Assembly (NCBI GenBank): GCA_964016885.1
Contig: OZ024742.1
Span: 271,932,001 to 271,996,000, forward strand
Length of the DNA stretch: 64,000 bases
DNA from: Eledone cirrhosa
Lineage: Eukaryota
Reading direction: 5' to 3'
This document shows, in pieces, positions 36,651-51,300 of this stretch (within the stretch, counting starts at the first letter, position 1; each line of letters opens with the position of its first letter). The notes under the pieces were generated by a model, which saw nothing but the letters and a program-made list of their open reading frames with translations, did not search any database and had not been told where the DNA came from. Both the position numbers and the translations under genes were made by a program.

Positions 36651-39555
36651 CATTTTATAATGTATTATAGATTTTGTATTCAAAAAGAAAATGGTTTTAA
36701 ATGGAAGAAAACCCCCTCTGTCTACACTATATAGAACAGCCAAATAACAGCAATTTCACCAACATCAGAAACTAGATACACCACCTACCGCATCACCCCT
36801 CTGTGTACACTAAACACAACAGCCCGATAACGACAATTTCACCACCACCACCACCACCAATCTCAGCATAATAATAATAATTACTATTACTATTGCCTCA
36901 AGTTTTAGTTTTAACAAAATGTTTAATTCCAATATTATGGGTAAATGTTAACACATATACGCGAGTAACGAACATTTCACTAAAGATAATTTCACGACCA
37001 ATACCACCAACACTACCACGATGAAAACCCTAGTCAAGTCGACTCAAATTTCTACTCGAACTTCAACACCATCACTACAGTAATACGACCACATCACCAC
37101 CACCGCTGCCTCACTATCGCTACCGCCGCTATTCTCTCCCACTACCTCCTGCCAGTTGCTGCTAGCACAGCACCGCCACCGCCGCCGCTGCCTCAATATC
37201 ACTTCCGCCGCTATTCTCTCCCGCTGTCCCCTGCTACATTGTAGAATTCCCACTAAAAGAGGAAAACATCAAAATATATAAATAGACTGAATTGATGACC
37301 TGGTCAAAATAAAAAAAAAACAATCAAAATCAAGTTTTAGTTTAAAAAAAATGTTTAATTCCAATATTATGGATAAATGTCAACACATATACGCGACTAA
37401 CGATAATTTCACTAAAGATAATTTCACCACCAATACCACCACCACTACCACGATGAAAACTCTGGTCACGTCGACTCAAATTTCTACTCCAACTTCAACA
37501 CAATCACTACAGTAATACGACCACATCACCACCACTGCTGCTTAACTATCGCTACCGCCGCTATTCTCTCCCACTACCTCCTGCTACTTGCTGCTAGCAC
37601 AGCACCGCCACCGCCGCTGCTGCCTCAATATCACTACCGCCGCTAATCTCTCCCGCTATCCCCTACATTGTAGAATTCCCACTAAAAGAGGAAAACATCA
37701 AAATATGTAAATAGACTGGAGAAAAAAAATCAAAATCAAAGCAGCACAGCAACAACGAAAAACATAAAGGAAATAAAAATGAAGAGAAAAACAAACGGAC
37801 GGACAGAGAAGAGAAGGGAAAAACTAAGTCAGACATTCAAACACTACATTACAATGAAACTTATGCTTATTCATTTTTTGGGGTTTTTTCTGCCTGTTTG
37901 TTTGTTTGTTTGTTTGGGTTCGTCTACAGCGTGATAATGCCACACAAAAGTCACGTGGAGTGACGAAACCACCGGAGACAAGTAATTCACCGGTGGTTAT
38001 GTAACCATACATTCGCCAATCCTGGATAAGAGTGTTTAAATGTCGTACCTAAACAGTTCGAATAACGGTGAAATGGAGACTAGAATGTCATGTGACAGAC
38101 TCTCACCCAACAGGTGATCCCTGGCTCAGCAACATGGGCCTGGCTGTCAAACAAATACTGCTGGTGTCGGTGGAAGAAGAAGAAGGAAAGGGACCAGAAC
38201 CAACTGGACGAAAGAATTGAATAGAACTGTTATGCAATGTTACCTGAAGAGTAACCCCAAGGAGAAAGGCTATAGGAAAAGGATGCATAACATCTGGAAC
38301 GAGATTGGTCCATTTAAATTAGATGAACAAAAACTGGCCGGGAAGGCTCGGGTAATAAGAACTAATGGGTGGATAAGCGAGCTGGAACTGGAGGAACTGG
38401 GCAGAGAGATTAGCTTGGAGATGGAGGGTGGGGTAAGCCAGGCAAACGAGCCAGTGGGAAATGAAGGTGAAGAGGTCGAGAGAACGGAGGAACCACCCGA
38501 AACAGACAATGATCTGAATGCTGAGATAAATAATACCTGGAACAGAGATACGGCCACTGAGGAGATGAATGCTGACAGGCTAGGACAAGATTTGGTAGAT
38601 ATCCTAAACTTAGTGGTAGATGAATTGAACAATGATAGTGGGAGACCTATGAACCTAAGATTTGTAGACAGGAAAAAGTTAAAGAAACAACAGCTAAGGT
38701 AAACAAAGTCATCCCATACCTTGAGGCGAGGAGCCTTCACCAGTGCAACAATATCCTCAAAGCAACAGCAAATACGGTGAGGAAACTACTTGGTATAAAA
38801 GCGAGAGCAAACAACAGACAAGAAAGTGCAGAGCCTTGGTGGAAGAAACGACTGAGTGGTCAAATCAGGGAAATGAGAAATGACTTTGGAAAGCTTGAGT
38901 CCCTACTGAATGGGACACTAAAAAATATAGACACTAAAAATAGACTGGAAATAAAGTACAAAACTAGGAGGAAAAAGCTAAATATTATCATAGAGGAACT
39001 GAAGCAACGCATTGTAGCAAAGAATGCAAAAATCTGGCGATACGAGAACAGAGTCAGCCAGTATAGACAGAACCGCATATTCGACAACAACCAGAAGATG
39101 CTGTTTGAACAGCTTGAAGGGAAAGAAAGAGGCAACGACTTGATCCCTGAGGCTAAACAAACTAAAACATTCTGGAGAGGAATGTGGGAGCAGGATGTTA
39201 AACATAATGGCCAGGCAGTGTGGATTGAGACAGTACAGAAGGAGATCAGTGAACAGGCACGCCAATTAACCGATACCAGGACTTAAAGTGGGCGCTAAAA
39301 AGGATTTGGAACTGCCATGAAGTCAAAGTGGTCCCGATTGTCATAGGCGCACTAGGTACTATCTCAAAAAGATTCAGGGATGGTTAAAGAAAATTGGCCC
39401 CTTCACGCTTTTTGGAACGCTTCAAAAGGCATGCTTGCTGGGAACAGCAAGAACCCTCCGATACGTCCTGAATATCTGTGCTGCAGGTAGTGGCTTGATA
39501 TTCATTTCAACAAAATTTCCAGTTAACTAACATCAGTGACTGAGACTCAAAGAAC
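36651..39555 (+). mobile_element. Dong/R4 LINE subfamily B, internally deleted, with a ~430-bp tandem duplication in the leader
   Basis: Near-identical to 43522-48284, but at ~39263 it jumps from the equivalent of ~46008 to ~47994 (RT and most of the RLE lost); leader duplication at 36898 and 37331. Confidence 0.9.
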
Positions 39556-39594
39556 TATAATAATAATAATGATAACAATAATAATAATAATAAT

Positions 39595-42500
39595 CATTTC
39601 ATTTATTAGCCACAAGGGCCGACATGTAGGGCACAATACAAGGACAGGGCAGTGGGGGTTTACAATAAGGTCGAGTAAAATTGAACAATGGCAAGACTAA
39701 GTTAACAATTAGGATATAAAATAAACTATGCATAAAAATAATAAAATAAATTCCCCGATAGGGTGTGGACGACCCTGGTGTGACTCGGGTACCGCACCAA
39801 TCCTGAACCACCCTGCACTTCTAGGGGACCCAGGGAAAGCACCCCTCTTCTCATGATAGCTAACCTATAGGCGCGTGGTCAGAGAAGGCACATTCACACG
39901 AGCCATTCTCGTCACATTCACCCACATTTTAGCAAATGTACTGGGGGGCAGCACTTCTCTCTCCACCCTCACCTTCCTTTCCAGGTGAAACTTGAAGAAG
40001 TTGATGAGGGATTGGCCGAAGAGAAGAGTGTCTGTCTTCAGTCCTTTTAAACTGGTCCACTATATAACCTCTTTCGCAACCGCCACCAGACATAGGAACA
40101 TTTCCTGCTCTTCCTGACATGAGGAAGGCGGTGGGTCGATCTTCACTATGGACTCGGCGGATAGCCGGATTCGTTCCACACGCGACAGTAGCTGTTCGAC
40201 ATAATTCCACAAGTCAGTAATGCACGGACATTGGACAAATGCGTGCAGAACGGTTACGTCGTTCAGTGCGCATCTTGGGTAAGTCCGTCTGACAGCACTT
40301 CCGTGCCTGTAGAGTTTATCCTGAACAGGCAGAGCCCCCCGGTAGCACTGCCAAGCGAGAGATTTCTGGAAATTGTCCATTTTCCCCGGCTCAAAATTCC
40401 TCCGGTACAGAATGGTCAGTTCGAGATCGTCGAGGCCCAAAGCCTCTCCGAGTGCGTCATCGCACTTGCCCACCATTAATCCTCTATAGAACTCGAGAGT
40501 AGAAGTTCCCCTGATCGCATTGCCCGCTTGGTAGAGGGCAGTGAGTGCCTGGCAACATCCCAGGTGCCAATCACCCAGTCAAAGAAATGAGCTGCGGAAA
40601 GGCACGTCTGATAAACGGCGACCACACCTGTTCACCGTTGATACAGAATATCTGGAGATGTCGCAGCCTCAATGCATCATTAGCCACGGCATACCCAGCC
40701 CTCCGCGTAGAGGGTGCTGGAGCAGATGGACCGCCTCACCAACGGAACTTCTCCCCTACACAAGAATTTGAAGAGGAGTCGTTCCAACTTGACGAAGCGC
40801 GGACGGGGGCAAGGCATGACGGTCAGACGGTAGTAGATGACGGACTCGATGTACGCATTTGCCACCTCCGGGCGACCTTTCAGTGATAGCTTCCTCCCAG
40901 CCCATTTTTGGGTGAGACTGGCTACTCTGCTCGTTACCTCGTCCCAATTCTTTTCCACCTGGAGGTCTAGTCCGAACCAAACCCCGAGCAACTTTACCGG
41001 CCCGTCCGTCCAGTTCCCCACGACGCTGCTGGACGGCATGTGCTTCCCTCTCCAGGTTCCGAGCTGCAAGCCCACCGACTTTTCTGGGATTAGTTTGGCT
41101 CCTGTCAACCTTTCATATTCCTTCAATTTCTGAGGTGTTCGACACCATCACGGCTGTGATGTCGTCCGCATAAGGCGACACCACCTTTCCAAGTCACGGT
41201 TAGAACGGGATGCCCTGCAACAGCTCCAGCTTCCGCAGTAAAGGCACGAGACTCAATACGTACAGAAGGGAAGACAGAGGGCACCATTGACGGACCGATC
41301 GGGAGGGCCGAAATGGTTTCGAGAGGTGGCCATTAGCCTTGACCACCGAACGTGTGCCGCTGTGCATTGCAGCGATCCAGCTTCTAAAGACAGGGCTGAA
41401 GCCAGCTGCTCTGTGGACAAACTCCAGATATCGATGGTCGATCTATGGAATGCTTTCGATTGATCTAAATTGATCAGTGCCCCACCGAAGCCAGGTATAC
41501 ACCCTGCCCTCTCTATGATGTATCGCATGAGGTGGAGATTGTCGTGTATGGACCTGGCTGGGATTGCGCAAGTTTGCGCCTCCACAACCAAATCCTCGAC
41601 GACAAGCGCCAATCTTTGTTAACACCTTGGCCAAAATCTTAAACTCTGTTTTGAGCAGAGTTATGGGCCTGAAGTTGTCTAATGTATCCCTCTTGTTCTC
41701 GTCTTTCTTTATCAGCGTCACCCCACCCCTGCTCACAGAACTGGGAATACTCACATTCTGCTGCCAGTTGCAGTAGAGTGCTTCGAGGAGATGGAAGAAC
41801 AAGTCTAGCATATTTACGTAAAGCTCGTAGGGAAGGCCATCCAAACCGGGTGAATTGCCCCTCATGCAGCTGACAAGGGCATCCTGAATTTCGGCTGAAC
41901 TAATCGGCCTTTCGCAGCGCTCAGCGTCGACCGTCGAGATGCGCGACAAGCCGTCAAGGTAGGGACTGAAGTCCGCTACTCTCTCTGAATCGCTTATCTC
42001 GTGTCCATCTCGGTTCGCCAAAGACCGAATTGTTTTTTATTACCACGCTGCACCTCCGCCACGCGGGCCCATCTAACAGCTTTGGTTCCCTCGTTTCTCA
42101 GCGCACGCGCCTTAGCTCTGACAATGCAACCTTCGTGTTTCGCATTGAAGAAATGGTCTAATGCCATTCTCGACGCTAGCACGTCAGTTGCCATGTCACT
42201 ACAAATAGCCTCGTCTAACTTATCTACCAGCTCCCCCTCCTTTCTATTTTTCTCTAACGCTAGTTCTTTGCTGAACTCTATCGAATTTACTCTAATCTCT
42301 CTTTTGAGAGCCCCCCACCATATGTTGTAGATGATCCCCCCTCTCAACTTTTGCTTAACTAAATTGTTGACTCGGTCCTTGTAAGCCCCAATGCCGGAAA
42401 TGACATGTTCAGCTTCCAGTAACCCAGTACCAACCTACGCGTTTTATCTAGGTCGTCCGTACAGATCTCAAATTTGTTATCTGAATAGGCGACAATTTTA

Positions 42501-42753
42501 AAAAGTGGGCAACCCACACTATTTCTATTTATTTTCGTGATGAAGATCCTGTCTATATACGATCTAGATGACCCCTTTCGGTTGGTGCATGTCCCAACTG
42601 GCATATTGGGGAATTCTAATCGATACCTGTCAGACAGGTATCCTTACCTCGAGATCCAGTCCTTTCCTAAGCCGCACTGCAACCCCCCCCCCCATTCCCG
42701 GCCTGCTAACAGATACGAAGATCTGCTGACGGCAATCACATCCATTCTGTAGC
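39595..42753 (-). mobile_element. Tx1-clade LINE subfamily B, 5'-truncated within the APE domain
   Basis: SYIDR, GYWKLN, SPGLDGLPYE, NFRPITLL, LDQSKAF, YADDI and FQKSLAWQCYRGALPV; 3' end CCCTTGTGGCTAATAAA followed by (TTA)n. Confidence 0.9.
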
Positions 42754-43487
42754 AAAAAGCTACAGAAGGAATGTTAATGGCTGCGCAAGAGCAGGCCATC
42801 AAAACGAAGCGGGTAAAACACCATATTTACAAGGAGGAGGCTAGCCCACTGTGTAGAATTTGTGGAGAGAGAGAAGACTCTGGCTCACATTATATCCGAG
42901 TGTAAACACCTAGCCCAGGCTCACTATAAAGGCTGGAGACATGATGTGATGGGAAGGGTGATCCACTGGCACCTATGCGAAGTAAACAATTTACCACGTT
43001 ATGAGCATAAGCCAGCGTCGGTGATTGAAAACGATCAGATGAAGGTGCTATGGGATTTTAGCATACAGACGGAGAAGAAATTAGAACACAATAGACCTGA
43101 TTTGGTGGTTTTAGACAAGAAAAAAAGATCATGCCTGATTGTAGATGTAGCCTGCCCATTTGACACAAGAGTGCAAGAAAAAGAGAGGGAGAAAATTAAC
43201 CGATACCAGGACTTAAAGTGGGAGGTAAAAACTATTTGGAACTTCCATGAAGTAAAGGTCGTCCCGATTGTCATCGGTGCATTAGGTACCATCTCAAAGA
43301 GATTCCAAGGATGGTTAAAGAAGATTAGTCCAGCCCCACTTTTGGGAACACTTCAAAAGGCATGGTGCTGGAAACAGCAAGAACCCTCCGATACGTACTG
43401 GATATCTGAGGCTGCAAGTAGCGGCTTGATATTCATTTCAACAAACTTTCAAGTTAAATAACATCAATGACTGAGACTCCAAGAATA
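42754..43487 (+). mobile_element. Dong/R4 subfamily B 3' fragment (CCHC plus RLE)
   Basis: ORF 42862-43461 has HIISEC, RHD, RPDLVV, DVACPFD and KINRY; TAA-rich tail. Confidence 0.9.
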
Positions 43488-43521
43488 CTAATAATAACAG
43501 TAATAATAATAATAACAATAA

Positions 43522-46500
43522 GAAGACGCAGGAGGTGGTAGAAGGTCATGAAATCGCTCCCGTAAGTTTTGATTTTTTACCATTTTTAAATCATTTGTGG
43601 AATAACAACTCTTAGTACAAATGCTACGTAAAGCATCCGGCTTGAACCCCAAACAAATTCGGACCCAAAGTATATTGTTATAAGGCTCAAATATTCAAAT
43701 ATTCAACTTTGTATTGTACATTGTATATTCAAAAAAGAAAATGGCTATAAATGGAAGAAGAAGAACCCCCCCTCCTCTGTATACACTATATAGAACAGCC
43801 AAACAACACCAATCTCACCAACACCAGAAACTGGATACACCACCTACCCCGTCACCTCTCTGTGTACACTAAACACAACAGCCAGATAACGGCAATTTCA
43901 CCACCACCACAACCAATCTCAACATAATAATGATAATAATAAATACTATTATTATTGTTCCAAGTTTTAACAAAATGTTTAATTCCAACATTAAGGGAAT
44001 TTATGTCAATACATAGATTCACCAAACGGACATCAGTAACGACAACGCCGCCCATCCATCATTACTACCACTATCCCATCACCGCCGCCACCACTCCTTC
44101 ATTGCTACCACCGCTACAACACCATCACTACAGTAATACGATCACATCACCACCACCACTGCCATCATTACTACCACTATCCCATCACCGCCGCCACCAC
44201 TCCTCCATTGCTACCACCGCTACAACACCATCACTACAGCAATACGATCACATCACCACCACCACTGCCTCAGTATCGACATCACCACCACCACTGTCTC
44301 AGTATCGCTACCGCCGCTATTCTCTCCCATTGGTTCCTGCTAGTTGCTGCCACCACATTATAGAATTCCTACTAAAAAAGAGGAAGGCATCAAAATATAT
44401 AGATAGACTCAAAAGAAAAAAACAAACATCAAAACCAAAGCAGCACAGCAACAACAGCAAAACAAAAGAGAAAAACAAACAGAGAAAAACAAAAACAGAA
44501 AAAAACGTAAAGAAAATAAGAATGAAGAGAGAAACAAGCGGACGGACAGAGAAGAGAAGGGAAAAACTAAGTCAGACATTTGAACACTACATTACAATGA
44601 AACTTATGCTTATTCATTTTTGGGTTTTTTCTGCCTGTTTGTTTATTTGTTTATTTGTGTTCGTCTACAGCGTGGTGATAATGCCACACAAGAGCCAAGT
44701 GGAGCGGCGCAACCACCGGAGACGGTGAATCCACAGATGGTTATGTAACCATACATTCGCCAATCCTCGATAAGAGTGTTTAAATATCGAACCTAAACAG
44801 TTCGAATAACGGTGAAATGGAGACTAGAACGTCATGTGACAGACTCTCACCCAACAAGTGCTCCTTGGCTCAGCAGCAGGAACATGGCTGTCAACCAAAT
44901 ACTGCTGGTGTCGGATGAAGAAGAAGAAGGAAAGGGACCAGAACCAACTGGACGAAAGAATTGAATAGAACTGTTATGCAATGTTACCTGAAAAGTAACC
45001 CCAAGGAGAGGGGCTATAGGAGACGGGTGCATAACATCTGGAACAAGATTGGTCTATTTAAATTAGATGAACAAAAATTGGCCGGGCAGGCTCAGGTAAT
45101 AAGAACTAATTGGTGGATAAGCGAGCTGGAAATGGAGGAACTGAGCAGAGAGATTAGCTTGGAGATGGAGGGTGGAGTATGACAGACAAACGAGCCAGTG
45201 GGAAATGAAGGTGAAGAGGTCGAGAGAACGGAGGAACCACCCGAAGCAGACAATGATCTGAATACTGAGATAAATAATACCTGGAACAGAGATACGGCCA
45301 CTGAGGAGATGAATGCTGACGGGCTAGGACAAGATTCGGTTCACATCCTAAATTGAGTGGTAGATGAATTGAACAATGATAGTGGGAGACCTATGAACCT
45401 AAGATTTGTAGACAGGAAAAAGTTAAAAGAAACAACAGCTAAGGTAAACAAAGTCATCCCATACCTTGAGGCGCGGAGCCTTCACCAGTGCAACTATATC
45501 CTCAAAGCAACAGCAAGTACGGTGAGGAAACTACTTGGTATAAAAGCGAGAGGAAACAACAGACAAGAAAGAGCAGAGCCTTGGTGGAAGAAACGACTGA
45601 GTGGTCAAATCAGGGAAATGAGAAATGACATTGGAAAGCTTGAGTCACTACTGAATGGGACACTAAAAAACATAGGCACTAAAAATAGACTGGAAATAAA
45701 GTACAAAACTAGGAGGAAAAAGCTAAATATTATCATAGAGGAACTGAAGCATCGCATTGTAGCAAAGAGTGCAAAAATCAGGCGACACGAGAACAGAGTC
45801 AGTCAGTATAAACAGGACCGTATGTTCGACAACAACCCGAAGATGCTGTTTGGACAGCTTGAGAGGAAAGAAAGAGGCAACGACTTGATCCCTGAGGCGG
45901 AAGAAACTAAAACATTCTGGAGAGGAATATGGGAGCAGGATGTTAGACATAATGACCAAGCAGGGTGGATTAAGACAGTACAGAGGGAGATCGGTGAGCA
46001 GGCACACCAACAAACTGATTTGAGTATCACAGTTGAAACTCTTAAGGGGCAGGCCAAAAAACTAACCAACTGGAAATCACCAGGCCCAGATGGTGTGCAG
46101 GGGTATTGGATTAAAAATATAACATCCCTCCACCCGAAACTGACAACCACGTTCAATGACTGCTTGATGTCAGGTGAGGTACCAGAGTAGTTGACAAAAG
46201 GTACCACAGTTCTGATAATGAAAGACCGAATCAAGGGTAATGATGTTACCAACTATAGACCTATCACATATCAGTCCGTAATGTGGAAACTGTTGACGAG
46301 CATTGTGTCTGAGGAAATTTACCATCACCTCCACACAAACAACTTGTTACCGGACGAACAGAAAGGATGCCGAAAGAAGTCACGTGGTACAAAGGACCAG
46401 TTACTTATTGATAAGATGGTAATGGGCAATTGCAGGAGGAGACACACTGATCTTGCCATGGGATGGATAGACTACAGAATGGCATTTGACATGGTGCCTC

Positions 46501-48284
46501 ATTCTTGGATCACCAAAAGCCTGGAGATCTTCAAGCTGGCAGATAACATCAGACAGTTGTTGGGCAAGAGTATGAGGTCCTGGGAAACAGAGTTGACATC
46601 AACTGGAGAATCCTTGGGAAGCGTGAAGATCAAGAGTGGTATCTTCCAGGGAGATAGCCTGTCCCCTCTGTTGTTTGTCCTTGCCCTGATGCCCCTGACC
46701 AGTGTACTGCGAAAAAGTGAGAGCATGATACGGTTGGGAAAGGGAGGGCTTACCATCAATCACCTCATCTTCATGGACGATCTTAAGCTCTTCGGGAAGA
46801 GTGAGAAGGAGTTGGATGTGCTTGTTGACACTGTCCGTATTTTCAGCAGTTATGTATGTATGCAGTTTGGTATTAGTAAGTGTGGAGTCATTGTGATGAG
46901 GAGGGGTAGGTTGAGCAGAAGTAACGGAATCCAGATACCAACAGGTGAGATGATAAAGGAAATTGACTCTGAGGAAGTATACAAGTATTTGGGCGTTCTG
47001 GAGGCTGATGGCATAAAGAACAAAAAAATGAAGGAATTGTTAAGAACTGAATACATTCGGAGAGTAAGGAGCGTATTGAAGTCACATCTGAACAGCAGAA
47101 ATGCCATAAGCGCAGTAAATTCCCGAGCTGTGTCTATTATTAGGTACATTGCGGGAATTCTGAGATGGAATGTTGCTGAACAAAAAGAAATGGATAGGAA
47201 GACTAGGAAGCTATTGACTATCTACAACATGTTCCACAAGAGGAGTGATGTCGATAGACTCTACCTAAAAAGATCTAAGGGTGGAAGAGGTCTTACCAGC
47301 ATAGAGGACTGTGTTCAGATGGAGAAAAACAACCCACACAAATACGTGACTGATGGTAAGGAGCCAATGTTCAGAACTGAACTGAAGGAAGGGACAATAG
47401 GCCAGGGGATGTCTAAGGAGGAAATAACATCAAGGAGAAAGAGCAGCCTTCAGGAAAAATCCCTTCATAGTACCTTCTTTGAGAAAACTGAATTTAGAGA
47501 TCCACAAACATGGAACTGGTTCAGAAGAGGAGACCTTAAAAAAGGCTACATAAGGAATGTTAATGGATGCGCAGGAGCAGGCCCTCAAAACGAAGTGGTT
47601 GAAACACCATATTTACAAGGAGGAGGCTAGCCCACTGTGCAGGATCTGTGGAGAGAGAGAGGAGACTGTGGCTCACATTGTATCTGAGTGTAAACACCTA
47701 GACCAGACCCACTATAAGGGCTGCATACATGATGTGAGGGGCAAGGTGATCCACTGGCACCTGTGCAAAGTAAACAATTTACCACATTATGAGAAATGGT
47801 ATGAGCATAAGCCAGAGGCGGTGATGGAAAACGATCAGGTGAAGGTGCTGTGGGATTTTAGGATACAGACGGACAAGAAACTGGAACACAGTAGACCTGA
47901 CCTGGTGGTTGTGTACAAAGAAAAAAGATCGTGCCTGATTGTGGATGTGGCCTGCCCATTCGACACGAGAGTGCAAGAGAAGGAGAGGAAGAAAATTAAC
48001 CGATACCAGGACTTAAAATGGGAGCTAAAAGGATTTGGAACTGCCATGAATTCAAAGTGGTCCCAATTGTCATAGGCGCACTATGTACTATCTCAAAAAG
48101 ATTCAGGGATGGTTAAAGAAAATTGGCCCCTTCACGCTTTTTGGGACGCTTCCAAAGGCATGCTTGCTGGGAACAGCAAGAACCCTCCGATACGTCCTGA
48201 ATATCTGACGCTGCAGGTAGTGGCTTGATATTCATTCCAACGGACTTTCCAGTTAACTAACATCAATGACTGAGATTCAAGGAA
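43522..48284 (+). mobile_element. Full-length Dong/R4 LINE subfamily B, flanked by (TAA)n; ORF disrupted
   Basis: 5' end GAAGACGCAGGAGGTGGTAGAAGGTCAT as in Dong-A; ORF from ATG 44817; RT ORF 46191-47630 (GIFQGDSLSPLLF, FMDDLKL); CRICGEREETVAHIVSEC; RLE motifs. Confidence 0.92.
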
Positions 48285-48309
48285 TAATAATAATAATAAT
48301 AATAATAAT

Positions 48310-51300
48310 GATTTCTTTATTGGCCACAAGGGCTGACATCAAGAAAAACATTACAGACGGCACAGGACGGTACAGGACGGTACAGGACGGTACGATGTGG
48401 GTTTTGTGCGTGTAAAGATGTTCATTATTTATATAAGAAAAGAAGAAACATGTATAGAAACATGTATATATATATATATATATACAATAACAAAATGAAA
48501 ATTGAAACAATGAAAACTTCCCCAATAGGGGGAAACCTCCGAGGGTTATTCGTGGCGAAAACCACGCAAAATACCACGGCTAATGTGACCACCAGGGCAA
48601 GCGCCCTCTCTCAATTTTTCCTTTTCTCAAACTACAGGCGTATATTCACTCGGACCATTCTCACTACATTCACCCACCTTTCAACAAACTTTCTAGAAGG
48701 CAGCATTGCCTCTCCACACTGATTTTCCTCTTCAAGTGAAACTTGAAAAAGTTAATTAGGGATTCGCCGAAGAGGAATGCATCTGTATTTAACCCTTACA
48801 ACCTTTTCCACTACACAATCTCTTTCGTCATGGCCACCAGGCAGATGAAAACCGCCTGCCCTTCCTCCTCAAAGGAAGACGGCGAGATCATCTGCACAAT
48901 GGACTCAGTCGATAAACGGATCAGTCCTACACGCGACAGCGACTGTTCGACATAGTTCCACAAATCAGCAATGCTCGTACACTGAACAAGCGCGTGCACG
49001 ACTGTTTCCTCGCTCTGCGCGCATCTCGGACATCCTCGGCTGACGGCACTTCCGTGCCTGTAGAGCTTATCTGAAACCGGCAACGCTCCCCTGTAGCACT
49101 GTCACGCCAGGGATTTTTGGAAGTTATCCATAGGGCCTGGGCTGAAAGTTCTCCGGAAGAGAGCAAACAGCTGATCTTCTTCAACGCCCGGGATCTCTCC
49201 GCGAACGTCGTCGCTCTTCCCCTCCACTAGTCCTCTACAGAAGGCCGAGGTGGATGTTCCACCGATACTGGTGCCCAGCTGGCAGAGGGCAGTGAGCGCC
49301 TGGAGACATTCCAGTTTCCAAGCTCTATCCCTCTGTCTTTTTCTGACCCAGGCCTGCAGCTCCGTCAAGGAGACGAGCTGTGCGAAAACGTGCCTGGCGA
49401 ACGGGGACAAAACCTGTTCACCGTCAAGGAATCTCCAGAGATGTCGCAGCCTCAGCGAATGTTTGCGCATTATCAGCCATGACATTCCCAATCCCCCACG
49501 CAACGGTGTTGACAGCAGATGGATCGTCTGACCATGGGAGCGCGTCCCTTCCACAAAAAGCGGAAGAGAGGCGCTCCATTTTGGTGATAGTTGGGCCGGA
49601 GCAAGGGACGACGGTGAGGCGGTAGCAGTGACGGATGCGATGTACGCATTCGCCACCGCCGCCCGGCCTTTCAGGGACAGCTTCTTCTCAGCCCAATTCT
49701 GGGTAAGGGAGGGCACCTTGCTCGTCACCTCGTTCCATCTGGAGGACCGGTCCGAACCAGACTCCGAGCAATTTAACCGATCCGTCCGTCCAACGCACCA
49801 CGACGCTGTCGGACGGCATGGACTTGCCTCTCCAGGTACCGAGCTGCAAGCTCACCGACTTTTCCTAGTTTATCTTTGCTCCTGTCACCGCTTCGTATGC
49901 CTTGAGAACGGTGCCGAGCATCTGTACGTGTCTGGTGCAAGAAACCACCCACCTACGTTACGTCGTCGGCGGAAGCCGACTCGGTATTCCCGCATCTAAG
50001 TTGCCCCCAGTTTGTGCAGTAACGGCTCGAGAGCCAATATGTACAAGAGAGACCAGGGGGTACAGTTCCAATAGACGTCTGCCAAGAGGTCACCGAACAA
50101 GTCTAGAATAAATGCATAAAGCTCGTTTGGAAGACCATCCAAACCTGGCGATTTACCCCTCGTGCAGTTAGCCATCGCTTCCCGTATTTCACCGGCTGTT
50201 AATTGGCTTTTCGTAACACTGTGATGTGGTCGTCGAGGGCCGAGGCAGTCCGTCGATTTATGCACTGAAATCCATACACCGATCCGGCTCGCCGCTGCTC
50301 CACAACATTTCAGCTAATTGCTGCCGAAAAGCTTCACATACCTGCTCGGGTTCACATATCTGCCTCTCCTAAACGCATTTTCTAGCTTTCTGACTAGCAC
50401 TCCCTCTACTCTATTTTCATCTATCACTAGTCCTTGGCTAAAGCAAATCGACTCTACTGTTATTGCCGTTTTCAGGGCGAACCACCACCTATTGTTGTAG
50501 CTCGCACCCGTCAGCGCCCACTTATCTAATACGCTAATCCGGTCCATGTTGGCTTTGCGTGCCGGGAAAGACGCGTTCAGCTTCCAGTAACCGCGTCCTT
50601 GTCTATGAAGTATGTCTATGGCGATCTCACAGATCACAAATTTGTGGTCTGTGTAGTCGACTATTTTAAATTGTGGACAACTTACACTAGCATTATTTAG
50701 TTCTATCGAGATACGATCCCTATCGAGATACGATCAGGATGACCCGATGGGGTTCGTCCATTTCCACATTGGCACATTCGGGTGATCTAGTCGATACCTG
50801 TCAGACAGTTCAAAACGTCTGAGCAGATTAGTGAGGCTCTTGCACGCTCATCCACTAGCCACTAGCTCCATACATTCCTAGCGTGCATCCAAGATACCGT
50901 TCCAGTCGCCCACTAACACTAATGAGCGGGACGTTCCAAGAAAGGTCTCTAGACGTCTGAAGAAATCTGGCTGTCCTGTCTCTGTCGGGGCATAGACGGC
51001 TACTAGCCTGAAAACGTTGCCTTCGGTGCCGCTTACGTCCATCACCACCGACTTACCTCCTGGCCCAAGAAGATGGTCCGTATGGCGAGATAGCTATCCG
51101 GGATAACTTCGATGCACTCCTGGTCGGTTTGAATTAACATCTCAATGGAGGCGACGTCCCAATCTTCTCGTACTATTTTCTGTACTTGCAGTACGGTTGT
51201 TTTGTCGTCGATTCCGACGAGGACAGACGCGGCCAGCCAAGAAGGGGCCATCCCTTCTTGGGTCAGTTTGACCCTCACAATATTTTGCCCGCAGTACAGG

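Noticed and set aside
37950-38000. Stem-GAAAC-stem pattern resembling a hammerhead in the Dong-B leader
   Set aside because: No CTGANGA core, and GAAA is not conserved in the 44.7-kb copy.
43955-44728. 257-aa ORF in the Dong-B leader
   Set aside because: Low-complexity ACC-rich and A-rich repeats; not kept open in the homologous leader at 36.9-38.0 kb.
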